From positions 1 to 53,235 of the IMG/VR virus record IMGVR_UViG_3300035701_000043: 53,235 bases of DNA. The stretch is one strand, 5' to 3'. The first letter of the stretch is position 1. Every line of letters begins with the position of its first letter. The position numbers and the translations under genes were made by a program. The DNA is from a virus (taxonomy: Duplodnaviria > Caudoviricetes). Shown here piece after piece: positions 35,015 to 44,520 of the stretch. Below the pieces are notes generated by a model, which was not told the DNA's origin, did no database searches, and was given only the letters and a program-made list of their open reading frames with translations.

Positions 35015-37102
35015 ATGGAGATCAATGGAGGAGTTAATTTGGAGAAAGTCAATAGAAAAGAAATAAAATACTCAAGTAAGAAACAGTTTGAAGGTAGCTC
35101 ACCAAAAGAATTCTTTGGAAAAGGCTATTACCTGGATGCTGAAGGCTCTAACTATGGGCGGAAGGATAAGGATGGTAAAATCCTCTTCTCGCCCTATAAT
35201 GCAGAAAGCTACCTTTACCGAGACCGTCAGGTCGTAGACGTGCTCCTGAAGAGCGTCCCGAATATAAAAACCGCCATAGTCCTCGGATGTGCCAGGGGCT
35301 ACATGGTCCAAGCACTCCATGAGCGAAATGTGGACGCGGTTGGTGTAGACATCAGTGAGTGGGCGGTGGAGAACTGCGCCCCAGAAGTAGCCGAGTACAT
35401 CTTCTGCGGCGATGTCTGCGACCTCAGTAAGTGGGGCGACGGCGAGTTCGACCTTGCTATAGCACTGGATGTCTTCGAGCACCTCAGGACGCCAGGCACC
35501 TATAATGGAGTCGAAGTCACCTATGATGAGAGCCTGTTTAAGGCCCTAGATGAGGCGGCCCGTACCGGGAAAATGATCATCATCGACGTGCCCATCAACC
35601 CAGATGACTTACACCCTGATCAGAGTTCAGGCACGGATAAGACCCACGTCAGCGTGTACTCGAAGGAGTTCTGGATCAGTCAGTTCATGGAGCGTGGTTT
35701 CGGGCCCGACTTCAGCCAAGAGTATGGGTACCCCGAGGTCCACGAGGACTCGCCGTGGCCCGACAAACACGACCACGGCGCCACAATCTATTTCTCTAAG
35801 CCGAGACCCAAGCCCGGCTCCCCGGATTTTAAATCAATCACCATCAAACCAGACAGTAAGAAATTCAAGATCCTCTGGTGGAGCAACAGCCCCTTCGTTT
35901 TTACGGGCTACGGGGTCGGCACGAAGGGCGTCGTGTATCCCCTGAACAAATTCTACGATATCCGATGCCTGAGCGTCTACGGGTTAGAGGGCGCGGCGCT
36001 ATCATTTAATAACCTCATAATCTACCCCAAGCTCTTCGACCAGTTCGGTATCGACGCGGCGCAGCTAATCGTGGCTAACTGGAAGCCCGACGTAATGGTG
36101 ACGCTGTTCGACCTCTGGATCGGCGACTCACCACTCCTAGAAGGGCAGCGCAACTGGTTCACCAAGATCCATCCAAAGCACATCGCATATTTCCCAGTCG
36201 ATCACGAGCCCGCCCCCGACCCCGTAGTCAACCAGGCTAAGAGGGCCTACCGGGCCGTGACTATGAGCCAATTCGGGCAGAGGATGATGGATAGGGCCAG
36301 GGTCAGAACCACCATGATCCCTCACGGCGTAGACACCAACACATTCACGCCGCCGCTGGACAAGGAGAAGAACCGCAAGTGGCTAGTCGAGCACAGCTCC
36401 CCCCTCTTCGAGGGCAAGGATGACCCGTGGCCCGAGGGGTGCTTCGTCATCGGGGCAAACGCCATGAACAAGGACCAGATCAAGAGGAAGGGGTGGGATA
36501 AGGAGTTCGATGGGATACGACTATTCCTAGAGGCCAACCCCGACGCACGCAGGGACTTCCGAGTCTACCTTCACACCTGGCCCCAGTACCCTGGGGGCTA
36601 CCCGCTTGACCACCTAGCCGACAAGATGGGCTTCAGCAGCTTAACCCGGAAGACCCACACCTACCATATGTACCAGGGCCTCAACACCGAGGCTCTGGCC
36701 ACCATGTACGGGGGCTTCAACATCCTCATGAATGCCAGCCGCGGGGAGGGCTTCGGGATACCGATCCTTGAGGCAGCAGCTTGTGCGGTTCCAGCAATAG
36801 GCACCCGGTTCAGCTCGATGACGGAGCTGATAGAGGGCCATGGTTGGCTGGTGGACAGCATCACCCCCGACCTCACCATGCTGCTCAGCTACATGGCGAC
36901 GCCGAACGAGTTCCAGATAGCCGACGCCATAGCGGACGCGTACAATAACCCGGATAAGGTGAAGAGTTTCGGCGCGGCCTCGCGGGAATTCAGCCTCAAT
37001 TACGATTGGGAAAAGGTTGTGGTACCCCTCTGGGCTCAGCTCTTCGAGGAGATCAGGGAGGAGATGCGCCCCAAGGCCCTCGATGAGAGGAGGATGATTT
37101 GA
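35015..37102 (+). CDS. SAM-dependent methyltransferase fused to a GT-B (GT4-like) glycosyltransferase
   Basis: VLGCARG...GVDISEWA...DVFEH; TGYG; IPHGVD; SRGEGFGIPILEAAAC. Confidence 0.9.
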   Translation: MEINGGVNLEKVNRKEIKYSSKKQFEGSSPKEFFGKGYYLDAEGSNYGRKDKDGKILFSPYNAESYLYRDRQVVDVLLKSVPNIKTAIVLGCARGYMVQALHERNVDAVGVDISEWAVENCAPEVAEYIFCGDVCDLSKWGDGEFDLAIALDVFEHLRTPGTYNGVEVTYDESLFKALDEAARTGKMIIIDVPINPDDLHPDQSSGTDKTHVSVYSKEFWISQFMERGFGPDFSQEYGYPEVHEDSPWPDKHDHGATIYFSKPRPKPGSPDFKSITIKPDSKKFKILWWSNSPFVFTGYGVGTKGVVYPLNKFYDIRCLSVYGLEGAALSFNNLIIYPKLFDQFGIDAAQLIVANWKPDVMVTLFDLWIGDSPLLEGQRNWFTKIHPKHIAYFPVDHEPAPDPVVNQAKRAYRAVTMSQFGQRMMDRARVRTTMIPHGVDTNTFTPPLDKEKNRKWLVEHSSPLFEGKDDPWPEGCFVIGANAMNKDQIKRKGWDKEFDGIRLFLEANPDARRDFRVYLHTWPQYPGGYPLDHLADKMGFSSLTRKTHTYHMYQGLNTEALATMYGGFNILMNASRGEGFGIPILEAAACAVPAIGTRFSSMTELIEGHGWLVDSITPDLTMLLSYMATPNEFQIADAIADAYNNPDKVKSFGAASREFSLNYDWEKVVVPLWAQLFEEIREEMRPKALDERRMI

Positions 37103-37333
37103 TTTGCATTCCTTAGAACAGTGGCAGAAACTACCTTACGATAAAGAGGAAATTAAATCAACAAACGTGAATGTAACTATCAAATTTCATTCATCAATGC
37201 TAATAGTTCTCCTAAAAACCATACTTAGATTCAAGGTATTCTTTTATCCCTTTTTCATCATCTTAAAGCCAGCACAGAGGGAGGAAATTCTCTACTGGCT
37301 TGTTAGGCGGCTAGTAAAATTTGAGGTGATTTC

Positions 37334-38134
37334 ATGAGCGTCGCTGTCTGCGTCCCGATAAAGTACCCGGCGGGCGAGTGGCTGCACCTATTCCTCAGAG
37401 AGGCGGAACAATTCGAGGACGTGAGCCGATTCATCTTCAGCTACGGGCGCCCCGACGGAAACGTAGGGGGTGGAGACCCGACGCTCATAAAACTGAAGAA
37501 ATGGATTAAAACTACAAAACACCGAGTCGAGGTGTACGAGGAACCGAAACTCGAAACGAACGTGCCAAACATGATCTCCGCGATCTATAAGGACTTCCAG
37601 CAGATGATTGATCCAATCGTGGAAACCCACGTCCTCCTAGCCGACTCCGACGTCGTGAAGATGCCGAAAAACATCATCCAGAAACTCAAGCTACAGGATA
37701 AGGACATCATCGCGCCCTACGTCTGGATGCGCGATCACATCCCGCCACTGTTCTACGACACCCACATCTTCAGAGTCAATGGCAAGCGGTTTCACCCCTT
37801 CAAGCCGCCGCAGCCAAAGGAGTCCTTCAGGGTCGACAGTGTCGGCACGTTTTTCCTAGTTAAGTCCAAGGTATTCAAGGAGATATCATATAGGGACTAC
37901 CCCCACCTGTCCTTCTGTAATGATGCCCGCGCCAAAGGATACGAGGTCTGGGTCGATCCCCGCCTCAAGGTATGGCACCTCGATATTACGCGCCTCGGAA
38001 TCTTCCACATGCCGCCGTTCCCAGACATGACGCCGTACGTCACCGACGGCGGCAAGGAGTTCACGCCCATGGAGACGGCGGCCCAAATGGGTCGGGCGTA
38101 CATAGAGGGGCGCGTCCCACAGGAGGTCGGCTGA
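37334..38134 (+). CDS. GT-A fold glycosyltransferase
   Basis: VAVCVP; LLADSD (DxD); FC..A...GY.VWVDP...VWH. Confidence 0.75.
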   Translation: MSVAVCVPIKYPAGEWLHLFLREAEQFEDVSRFIFSYGRPDGNVGGGDPTLIKLKKWIKTTKHRVEVYEEPKLETNVPNMISAIYKDFQQMIDPIVETHVLLADSDVVKMPKNIIQKLKLQDKDIIAPYVWMRDHIPPLFYDTHIFRVNGKRFHPFKPPQPKESFRVDSVGTFFLVKSKVFKEISYRDYPHLSFCNDARAKGYEVWVDPRLKVWHLDITRLGIFHMPPFPDMTPYVTDGGKEFTPMETAAQMGRAYIEGRVPQEVG

Positions 38135-38135
38135 G

Positions 38136-39074
38136 GTGACCAAGGTGCTCATCACTGGTGTCTCGGGATTCATCGCGGGGCAGTTGGCTCCGAGGGTCGC
38201 GGAGAAGGGCTTCGAAGTCTACGGCCTAGAACGATACGTGACCAACAGATACAGTCTGGGAGATAGGAGGAATATTAAGACCGTATTCGGTGACCTCAGG
38301 GATCACTTCGCCCTGAAGAACATCATCCACGACGTCCAGCCCGACGTCGTGGTCCACCTCGCCGCCATAAGCCCCGTATCATATTCCTACGATCACCCAA
38401 ATGAGGTGATCGAGACAAACTTCACAGGAACCGTGAACCTCGCGGAACTGTGTCTCCGCGAGGTACCGCACTTCAAGCAATTTCTTTATGCATCGTCTTC
38501 AGAGACGTATGGAAACGGCCCCTCGCCGAAGACGGAGGAATCCCCATTAAACCCGAATAGCCCCTACGCCGTGAGCAAGGCAGCCGCCGAGAAATACCTG
38601 CTCTACATGCGAGACGCCTACGGGTTCCCCGTCACCATAATGAAGCCCTTCAACACATATGGCCGGCGCGATGATACTCACTTCGTCATCGAGAAGGCGA
38701 TAGTCCAGATGCTCAAGGGAAAGGAGGTGAGGCTCGGAGACCCCGACCCGATTAGGGACTTCATGTACGTGGAGGACCACCTGAGCGCCTACCTGACGTG
38801 TCTAGATGAGGAGAGGGCGATCGGTCAGGTCTTTAACTTCTGCACCGGTCGGGAGACGACTATACTTCACCTAGCGGAAACAATCGGGCGCTTGACCAAA
38901 TATAAGGGAGAGGTTGCATGGGACACCATACCGAAGCGCCCCCTAGACATCAGCGTCCTAGTCGGCGACTACTCTAAGGCAAAACGATTATTGGGGTGGG
39001 AGCCAAAGCACTCATTGGAGGGCGGACTAGCGCGTTGCGTCGATTACTGGCGGGATAAAATCGCTGGGGAATAA
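38136..39074 (+). CDS. NDP-sugar 4,6-dehydratase/epimerase (extended SDR)
   Basis: ITGVSGFIA; HLAA; ASSSETYG; YAVSK; PFNTYG; RDFMYVED. Confidence 0.95.
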   Translation: MTKVLITGVSGFIAGQLAPRVAEKGFEVYGLERYVTNRYSLGDRRNIKTVFGDLRDHFALKNIIHDVQPDVVVHLAAISPVSYSYDHPNEVIETNFTGTVNLAELCLREVPHFKQFLYASSSETYGNGPSPKTEESPLNPNSPYAVSKAAAEKYLLYMRDAYGFPVTIMKPFNTYGRRDDTHFVIEKAIVQMLKGKEVRLGDPDPIRDFMYVEDHLSAYLTCLDEERAIGQVFNFCTGRETTILHLAETIGRLTKYKGEVAWDTIPKRPLDISVLVGDYSKAKRLLGWEPKHSLEGGLARCVDYWRDKIAGE

Positions 39075-39078
39075 AGGC

Positions 39079-39687
39079 ATGAGAAAACTGGTGATCATCG
39101 GCGCGGGGGACATGATTGGGAACCTGGTGGAGTCGTTCGATCGGGAGCCGCAGCTAGCATACATACACGATGAACCCCGCACGCCCGGGGAAACGAAGTA
39201 CGGCGTCCCGGTCGAGAAGCGCCCCGCCATCCTCAATTACGACTACATTAGCTGCATAGGGGATACCCGTCACAAGAGAAACCTGGTTCAGGAGCTTGAC
39301 GGCGCGAGCTTCATCAACTTCATCGATCCCCTAGCCAAAAGATTACGCTCCTCCAAGCTGGGAGCGGGAATCTTCGCGCAGCCATTCGCCGTCGTCTGGA
39401 ATGGGGCAGAGGTCGAAGACCACGTATTGATATTAAGCGGCTGTCAGATAGGCCACCACGTCCACGTTGGGAAATACTCGACGATATGCCCCGGAGCGGT
39501 AATCTCCGGCCACGACGACGTGGGGGAAGGCGTGTGGGTGGGTGCGAACTCCTCGATAAGGGACGGCTTGAAGATCGGCGACGGGGCGTTCATCGGGATA
39601 GGCGCGAACATAATCGAGGACATTGCGCCGAACGAGGTCTGGGTCGGAAACCCCGCGCACAAACTGAAGATGTTGGCACCGTGGTGA
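39079..39687 (+). CDS. Sugar acetyltransferase (NeuD/PglD-like, hexapeptide repeat)
   Basis: IIGAG; IGH; left-handed beta-helix repeats; VGNPA. Confidence 0.9.
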   Translation: MRKLVIIGAGDMIGNLVESFDREPQLAYIHDEPRTPGETKYGVPVEKRPAILNYDYISCIGDTRHKRNLVQELDGASFINFIDPLAKRLRSSKLGAGIFAQPFAVVWNGAEVEDHVLILSGCQIGHHVHVGKYSTICPGAVISGHDDVGEGVWVGANSSIRDGLKIGDGAFIGIGANIIEDIAPNEVWVGNPAHKLKMLAPW

Positions 39688-39689
39688 GT

Positions 39690-40301
39690 ATGTCCGGGCA
39701 GTTCGGCGAGGTCGATGTAATTACCCCGATATTCGCGGGGACGACCGACGGGTTCTACGTCGACATAGGCGCCCACGACGGCGTCACCGACTCGAACACC
39801 CTCCGTTTCGACAGGCAGGGTTGGCGGGGAGTCTGCGTCGAGCCACACCGCGTCTACTACCCGAGGCTTCGCGTTAACCGTCCCAACGCTAAGTGCCTAG
39901 ACGTCGCAATCTGGAAGGAGGACGTCGACGAGATCATCTTCCACGCGACGACCCCCGGCGGCTGGAGTAGGCTGGTAGAGCCGCTCCTCAACGCGGATTG
40001 GCAGATGGTGACGAATTATAAGGTTCGGGCAATCACCATGAAAAGACTCCTCGAGGAGCAAACCGTCCCCGCGCCCTTTGAACTGCTAAGCATCGATGTT
40101 GAGGGGCATGAGTCAGAGGTCCTGAGCACCTTCGACGTCTCGAAGTACCGACCCCGCGTGGCAATCGTCGAGGATATGAGGCATATCGGATTTGACGACG
40201 CATTCGCCGGATATACGGCGTTCAGGGGTTGGGAGAACAGAACCGGCGGCCCAAACGTGATTTACGTCAGGGACGCGGCGGACGTCACAAAGGTTCGCTG
40301 A
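39690..40301 (+). CDS. FkbM family methyltransferase
   Basis: SGQFGE; YVDIGAHDG..SNT; GW.GVCVEP; LSIDVEGHE. Confidence 0.9.
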   Translation: MSGQFGEVDVITPIFAGTTDGFYVDIGAHDGVTDSNTLRFDRQGWRGVCVEPHRVYYPRLRVNRPNAKCLDVAIWKEDVDEIIFHATTPGGWSRLVEPLLNADWQMVTNYKVRAITMKRLLEEQTVPAPFELLSIDVEGHESEVLSTFDVSKYRPRVAIVEDMRHIGFDDAFAGYTAFRGWENRTGGPNVIYVRDAADVTKVR

Positions 40302-40303
40302 CC

Positions 40304-41068
40304 ATGGAGGGGAAGACGGTGAGCATATTTACCATGGTCCAGGGCCACAAGATGTTCTTAGATTCGAGGGACTCATTGAACCTTTTGGTCAATGAATATT
40401 GGGAGCCACTTGAGACGGACCTCGCCCGAAAATCCATCAAGGAAGGCGGAGTCGTTATCGATGTTGGGGCGAATATTGGGTACTATACGCTGATTTTCGC
40501 GGACCTCGTCGGCGAGGGCGGGAGGGTCTTCGCATTCGAGCCGGACCCGGATAACTTCGCCCTGCTAGTGAAGAACGTGGAGGCGAACGGCTACCAAAAC
40601 GTGGTGTTGGTGCAAAAGGCAATCTCGAACGAAACCGGGAAGATCAGACTATACCTATGCAAGGACAACAAGGGGGATCACAGGATATACGACTCGCACG
40701 ACGACCGCGAGTCCATTGAGGTCGAGGCCGTGCGACTGGACGACTATTTCAAGGATTACGATCGAAGAATTAACTTCGTCAAGATGGATATCCAGGGCGC
40801 GGAGGGCGGGGCGGTAAAAGGGGCATCCGAACTACTGAGGAATAACGCGGGCATAAAAATTGTCACGGAGTTCTGCCCCCCCATGCTCAAGATGTTCGGC
40901 ACCGACCCCGGGGAGTACCTGAAGCTACTTCAGGGACTCGGGTTCGAGCTTTCCGAGGTAAATGAGACAACAGGGAAGATTGAGCCGATCGGAAGCCTCG
41001 AGAATCTTCAGTCGCATATATGCGGTCCGAAAATTTACACGAATATTTATGGTGTGAAAAATGATTAA
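40304..41068 (+). CDS. FkbM family methyltransferase
   Basis: DVGANIGYY; FAFEP; KMDIQGAE. Confidence 0.95.
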   Translation: MEGKTVSIFTMVQGHKMFLDSRDSLNLLVNEYWEPLETDLARKSIKEGGVVIDVGANIGYYTLIFADLVGEGGRVFAFEPDPDNFALLVKNVEANGYQNVVLVQKAISNETGKIRLYLCKDNKGDHRIYDSHDDRESIEVEAVRLDDYFKDYDRRINFVKMDIQGAEGGAVKGASELLRNNAGIKIVTEFCPPMLKMFGTDPGEYLKLLQGLGFELSEVNETTGKIEPIGSLENLQSHICGPKIYTNIYGVKND

Positions 41069-42026
41069 AAATATCCCGTGGAGCAGACCCGACATCGGGC
41101 AGGAGGAACGCGACGCCGTTCAGAGAGTCATGGAGTCTGGATGGGTGACAATCGGCCCAGAGACGAAGCGGTTTGAGGATGAAATACGCATCTACCTTGG
41201 ATGCAAGCACGCCGTCGTCGTGGGAAGTGGCTCATCGGCACTACTAATGGCCCTCGCCGCTCACGACCCTGAGATCGTCACGATTCCATCCTACGCGTAT
41301 CACTCAACAAGCGACGCCGCGAAACTACTGGGGATCGAGATCACTTATGGCCCCATTGAACAGAAGACGATTCAACTCATGCCCTTGCAGACATTCGGGT
41401 GCGCGCTTCCGATAAGCTTCGCGGGGCTTCCCCTAGATGCGGTGGAGTGGACTGGGAAGAACCTCATTGAGGACGCGGCGGAGTCCTTCGGAGCAGAGAG
41501 TAGAGGCGTAAAGACGGGTGCGCAGGGCTGGACAGCGATATTCAGCTTCCACGCCGCGAAGACCATAACAATGGTCGAGGGCGGGGCCGTCGTCACAGAC
41601 AACGACGCCATTTATGAGAAACTCACGGATCTCCGCAGAACCAAGTTCAACTTTAAGCCAACAGACATGAGCAGCGCCATCGGACGGGTTCAACTAGCGA
41701 AGGTCGGGCAATACCTGAGAACAAGGCGCAACGTCTCAAAGATATATCACGAGAAGCTAGAGAACGCCGCCGTCGGCTTCCAATCCACACCCCGACACGT
41801 CACATCCCACGCAAACATGATGTTCCCGATATTCGTGGACAATCCCGCGAAGGTAGCCACGAGCCTAAAGGAGATGGGGATCGAGACCCGGCTCGGCTGG
41901 GTTCCGCCGTGGAGAACGGCGGAAAGCATCTGGGTGAGTGAGCACATCCTCACCCTGCCGATATTCAACACAATGTCAATCGAAGAAGCGGAGTATGTTG
42001 CGGAATGCGTGAAAAAGTCGTTATGA
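41061..42026 (+). CDS. DegT/DnrJ/EryC1/StrS sugar aminotransferase
   Basis: GP....FE; IEDAAESFG; FSFHAAK.ITM.EGG; LTLP. Confidence 0.92.
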   Translation: MIKNIPWSRPDIGQEERDAVQRVMESGWVTIGPETKRFEDEIRIYLGCKHAVVVGSGSSALLMALAAHDPEIVTIPSYAYHSTSDAAKLLGIEITYGPIEQKTIQLMPLQTFGCALPISFAGLPLDAVEWTGKNLIEDAAESFGAESRGVKTGAQGWTAIFSFHAAKTITMVEGGAVVTDNDAIYEKLTDLRRTKFNFKPTDMSSAIGRVQLAKVGQYLRTRRNVSKIYHEKLENAAVGFQSTPRHVTSHANMMFPIFVDNPAKVATSLKEMGIETRLGWVPPWRTAESIWVSEHILTLPIFNTMSIEEAEYVAECVKKSL

Positions 42027-42043
42027 TGGGAGGAATCTGACAC

Positions 42044-42667
42044 ATGGCATATTGTGGAACAGCGGATGTAGCAATCCTGAGTCAAGTAGAGTACCAACAA
42101 TTGGGCTTCGGCAGCGTTGGGACATACAATAGCTGGTTAGCCGGTACACTGATCCCGATGGCGCAGAAGTTCGTGGACAACTACGTCAACCACAACTTCA
42201 GCGCCAACTATGGCACTATAACCTGCGATGGGTCGGGGAAGGAGACCCAGATAATCCCCCCGAGCTGCCTGGTGAATGGGACGCCGACCCACCTCCTGCC
42301 CCTACCGCTTGTCACCGTGACCGAGGTCAGCGTCGACGGCACGGTCGAGACTCTCAGCGAGTTCCAGACTTATAAGACCTTCATCACGTGGGAGGATAAT
42401 GTCTTCTGCAGGGGCAGACAGAACGTCGTGATCAAGGGGACGTATGGCTTCACCTCGGTGCCCGACGACATAAAATACGTGACGGCCCAGCTCTGCGCCA
42501 ACGCGGTAACCGAGATGGTTCGTAAGAGGATGCTCCCCGACCTTGTGGTCCCCGTCTTAACCGGTGGGGGCGATGTTGGCGTTCTTTTCAATTCCCCGAA
42601 GGTTCTCACGAAAAACGAGAAAGAGATCCTTTGGCAGTACATTCTGCACTCGATAGAGGTTGCGTAA
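42044..42667 (+). CDS. Head-tail connector (adaptor)
   Basis: MAYC...DV; A...VDNY.N; V.I...YGF..VP.DI..A pattern. Confidence 0.75.
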   Translation: MAYCGTADVAILSQVEYQQLGFGSVGTYNSWLAGTLIPMAQKFVDNYVNHNFSANYGTITCDGSGKETQIIPPSCLVNGTPTHLLPLPLVTVTEVSVDGTVETLSEFQTYKTFITWEDNVFCRGRQNVVIKGTYGFTSVPDDIKYVTAQLCANAVTEMVRKRMLPDLVVPVLTGGGDVGVLFNSPKVLTKNEKEILWQYILHSIEVA

Positions 42668-43141
42668 ATGTCCACGACGACGGTCGCTGAGACGATCCTA
42701 GCCGAACTTGTGGCGCATTGGAGCCTCGCCGCCCCCCTAGCCGCGGCCAACATCCATTTTCACGTAGACTGGTACGATCCGAAGTGGCCGGATCAACCCC
42801 AGATAACAGTGACAGGGCCAATCTCTTCACCGAACCGATTCTTCGGGCCCAAGGTCACCGCGGGGGTTCCGGCCGCCGGGCTTCACCTGTTCAGTTTCCA
42901 GCGTTTTCTAGTGAATATTTGGGTTAGAGTGCCAGCCGGGGAGGACTCAGACGACCAGAGTAATTACGCAGAGCAGATGAGAATCGAAGTCGTGAAGATC
43001 CTGAATGAGCAGCGGGCGGGATACACCCTGCCGATAGGGTTGGTAATCCCTCTTGACGCGGGGCGGGCGCTCCACGAACTGGATCGGACGCCGAGGATAC
43101 TTCGTTATGAAGTGACCGTACAAGCAAATTACAAGACTTAG
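42668..43141 (+). CDS. Tail terminator/neck protein (putative)
   Basis: P.ITV; VNIWVR; RYEVTV; position in the neck module. Confidence 0.55.
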   Translation: MSTTTVAETILAELVAHWSLAAPLAAANIHFHVDWYDPKWPDQPQITVTGPISSPNRFFGPKVTAGVPAAGLHLFSFQRFLVNIWVRVPAGEDSDDQSNYAEQMRIEVVKILNEQRAGYTLPIGLVIPLDAGRALHELDRTPRILRYEVTVQANYKT

Positions 43142-43160
43142 AATTTGGAGAGAGAAGAAG

Positions 43161-43454
43161 ATGGAGAAAATGGAGAACTATAAGCGTTTTAGTATCAGTG
43201 AGTTAAAATTTGGAGACGAGGATTTGCAGATGCTCATGACCATGGGCCTCGTTATTGGGGGCACGTGGCTTGACCTGCTTAGTCTGAAGAGTTACATCGG
43301 GAAGTTACCCGGTTTTAAAATGGTCTACAACACCATCAGCACGTCGCGGCTGCGCGTCGTGAAGGTGGGGGAGTTCGAGGATTATCTCGAATGGAGGGCG
43401 AAGAACCAGGTAGATTGGGAAGCATTCGAAAAATGGAGGGAGGAAAAGCTATGA
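43161..43454 (+). CDS. Hypothetical protein
   Basis: 97-aa ORF in operon. Confidence 0.55.
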   Translation: MEKMENYKRFSISELKFGDEDLQMLMTMGLVIGGTWLDLLSLKSYIGKLPGFKMVYNTISTSRLRVVKVGEFEDYLEWRAKNQVDWEAFEKWREEKL

Positions 43455-43948
43455 GTTTGAGTGAGGGGAATAGGGAGAAGCTTGCGAAGCTTGAGGCGTT
43501 AGAGAAAAAGGACGAGGAAAGAGACGAGGCTGATTTGGCGGCGCAGATGAGCGTCAGGGAACGCCTCATGCGCCGGCTGAAGAGTAATACCGTCAAAATC
43601 CCGTTTCAGGACGACCTCGGCGAGTTCAACGTCGAGGCTCGGCTTCTGAGCCCCGACGAACAGAAAACCATCGGCGATTATAGAATTCAATTACTAAAGT
43701 TCAGGGAAGAATTACAAAAGGCACCCACGGACATCAAGGAATTGATAAAACTTGAGAAGCGCGGCGCCGAATTGGTGCAAAGCATCTACGAACTTGTCGC
43801 CGACATATGCATTGACAAAACACTCGACTTCCAATACTGGAAGGACGGGAAGGGTTTCAACATCGACGTCCCGATGAGGATCATAAACGACGTCTTGATC
43901 GCCAGTCAGCGCACGGAGGCTGACACCGCCAAGTTTCGCCCAAAGTAA
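43451..43948 (+). CDS. Tail assembly chaperone (with predicted +1 frameshift extension to 44111)
   Basis: Position upstream of the tape measure gene; ends AAG TTT CGC; open +1 frame continues to 44111. Confidence 0.7.
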   Translation: MSLSEGNREKLAKLEALEKKDEERDEADLAAQMSVRERLMRRLKSNTVKIPFQDDLGEFNVEARLLSPDEQKTIGDYRIQLLKFREELQKAPTDIKELIKLEKRGAELVQSIYELVADICIDKTLDFQYWKDGKGFNIDVPMRIINDVLIASQRTEADTAKFRPK

Positions 43949-44097
43949 ATACGGCCAAGGATTCTTTCAGTTCCTCACCCACATCGGGAAGACGCCCGCC
44001 GAGTTTGGGGAACTTGAGCCGCTGGAACGTATTTTCTATGTTAACGGATGGAATCGATACATCGAGAATCTAAACAAAAATATGAGGGGGGGTAGCC

Positions 44098-44520
44098 ATG
44101 CCAAGCGTTGAGATCGTGGGGTTGAATAAATTAATGGCTAGGATAACCGAGCTGAACCAGAGCCTCGACCCCTCAGCCGAGGCGGGTTTGAAGGAGTTCG
44201 CCGAAGTTGTTCGAGACATGGCTAAGATATTCTGCCCCGTGGGAACGCCTCAATCAACGGGAATACCCGGGTACATAGGCGGAAGCCTCAGAACAAGCAT
44301 AAGGATTCAAGCATACGCTAAACCAAAAGCACATCTTCATAAGATAGGCGTCTCCGCCGGGGGATATATCACCAACCCAAACACGGGGCGGAAGGTAGAC
44401 TACGCCCGCTGGGTGGAACACGGAACCTCAAGAATGATGTCTAGACCATTTATGCGCCCGGCTTTGGATATGTGCAAGAAATCAATATTGAAGTTGATTA
44501 AAGGGGGCCTGAAGAAATAA
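44098..44520 (+). CDS. HK97 gp10-like tail completion protein
   Basis: I.GL..L; A...CPV...G.LR.SI; YA.WVEHGTSRM..RPFMRPA. Confidence 0.9.
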   Translation: MPSVEIVGLNKLMARITELNQSLDPSAEAGLKEFAEVVRDMAKIFCPVGTPQSTGIPGYIGGSLRTSIRIQAYAKPKAHLHKIGVSAGGYITNPNTGRKVDYARWVEHGTSRMMSRPFMRPALDMCKKSILKLIKGGLKK

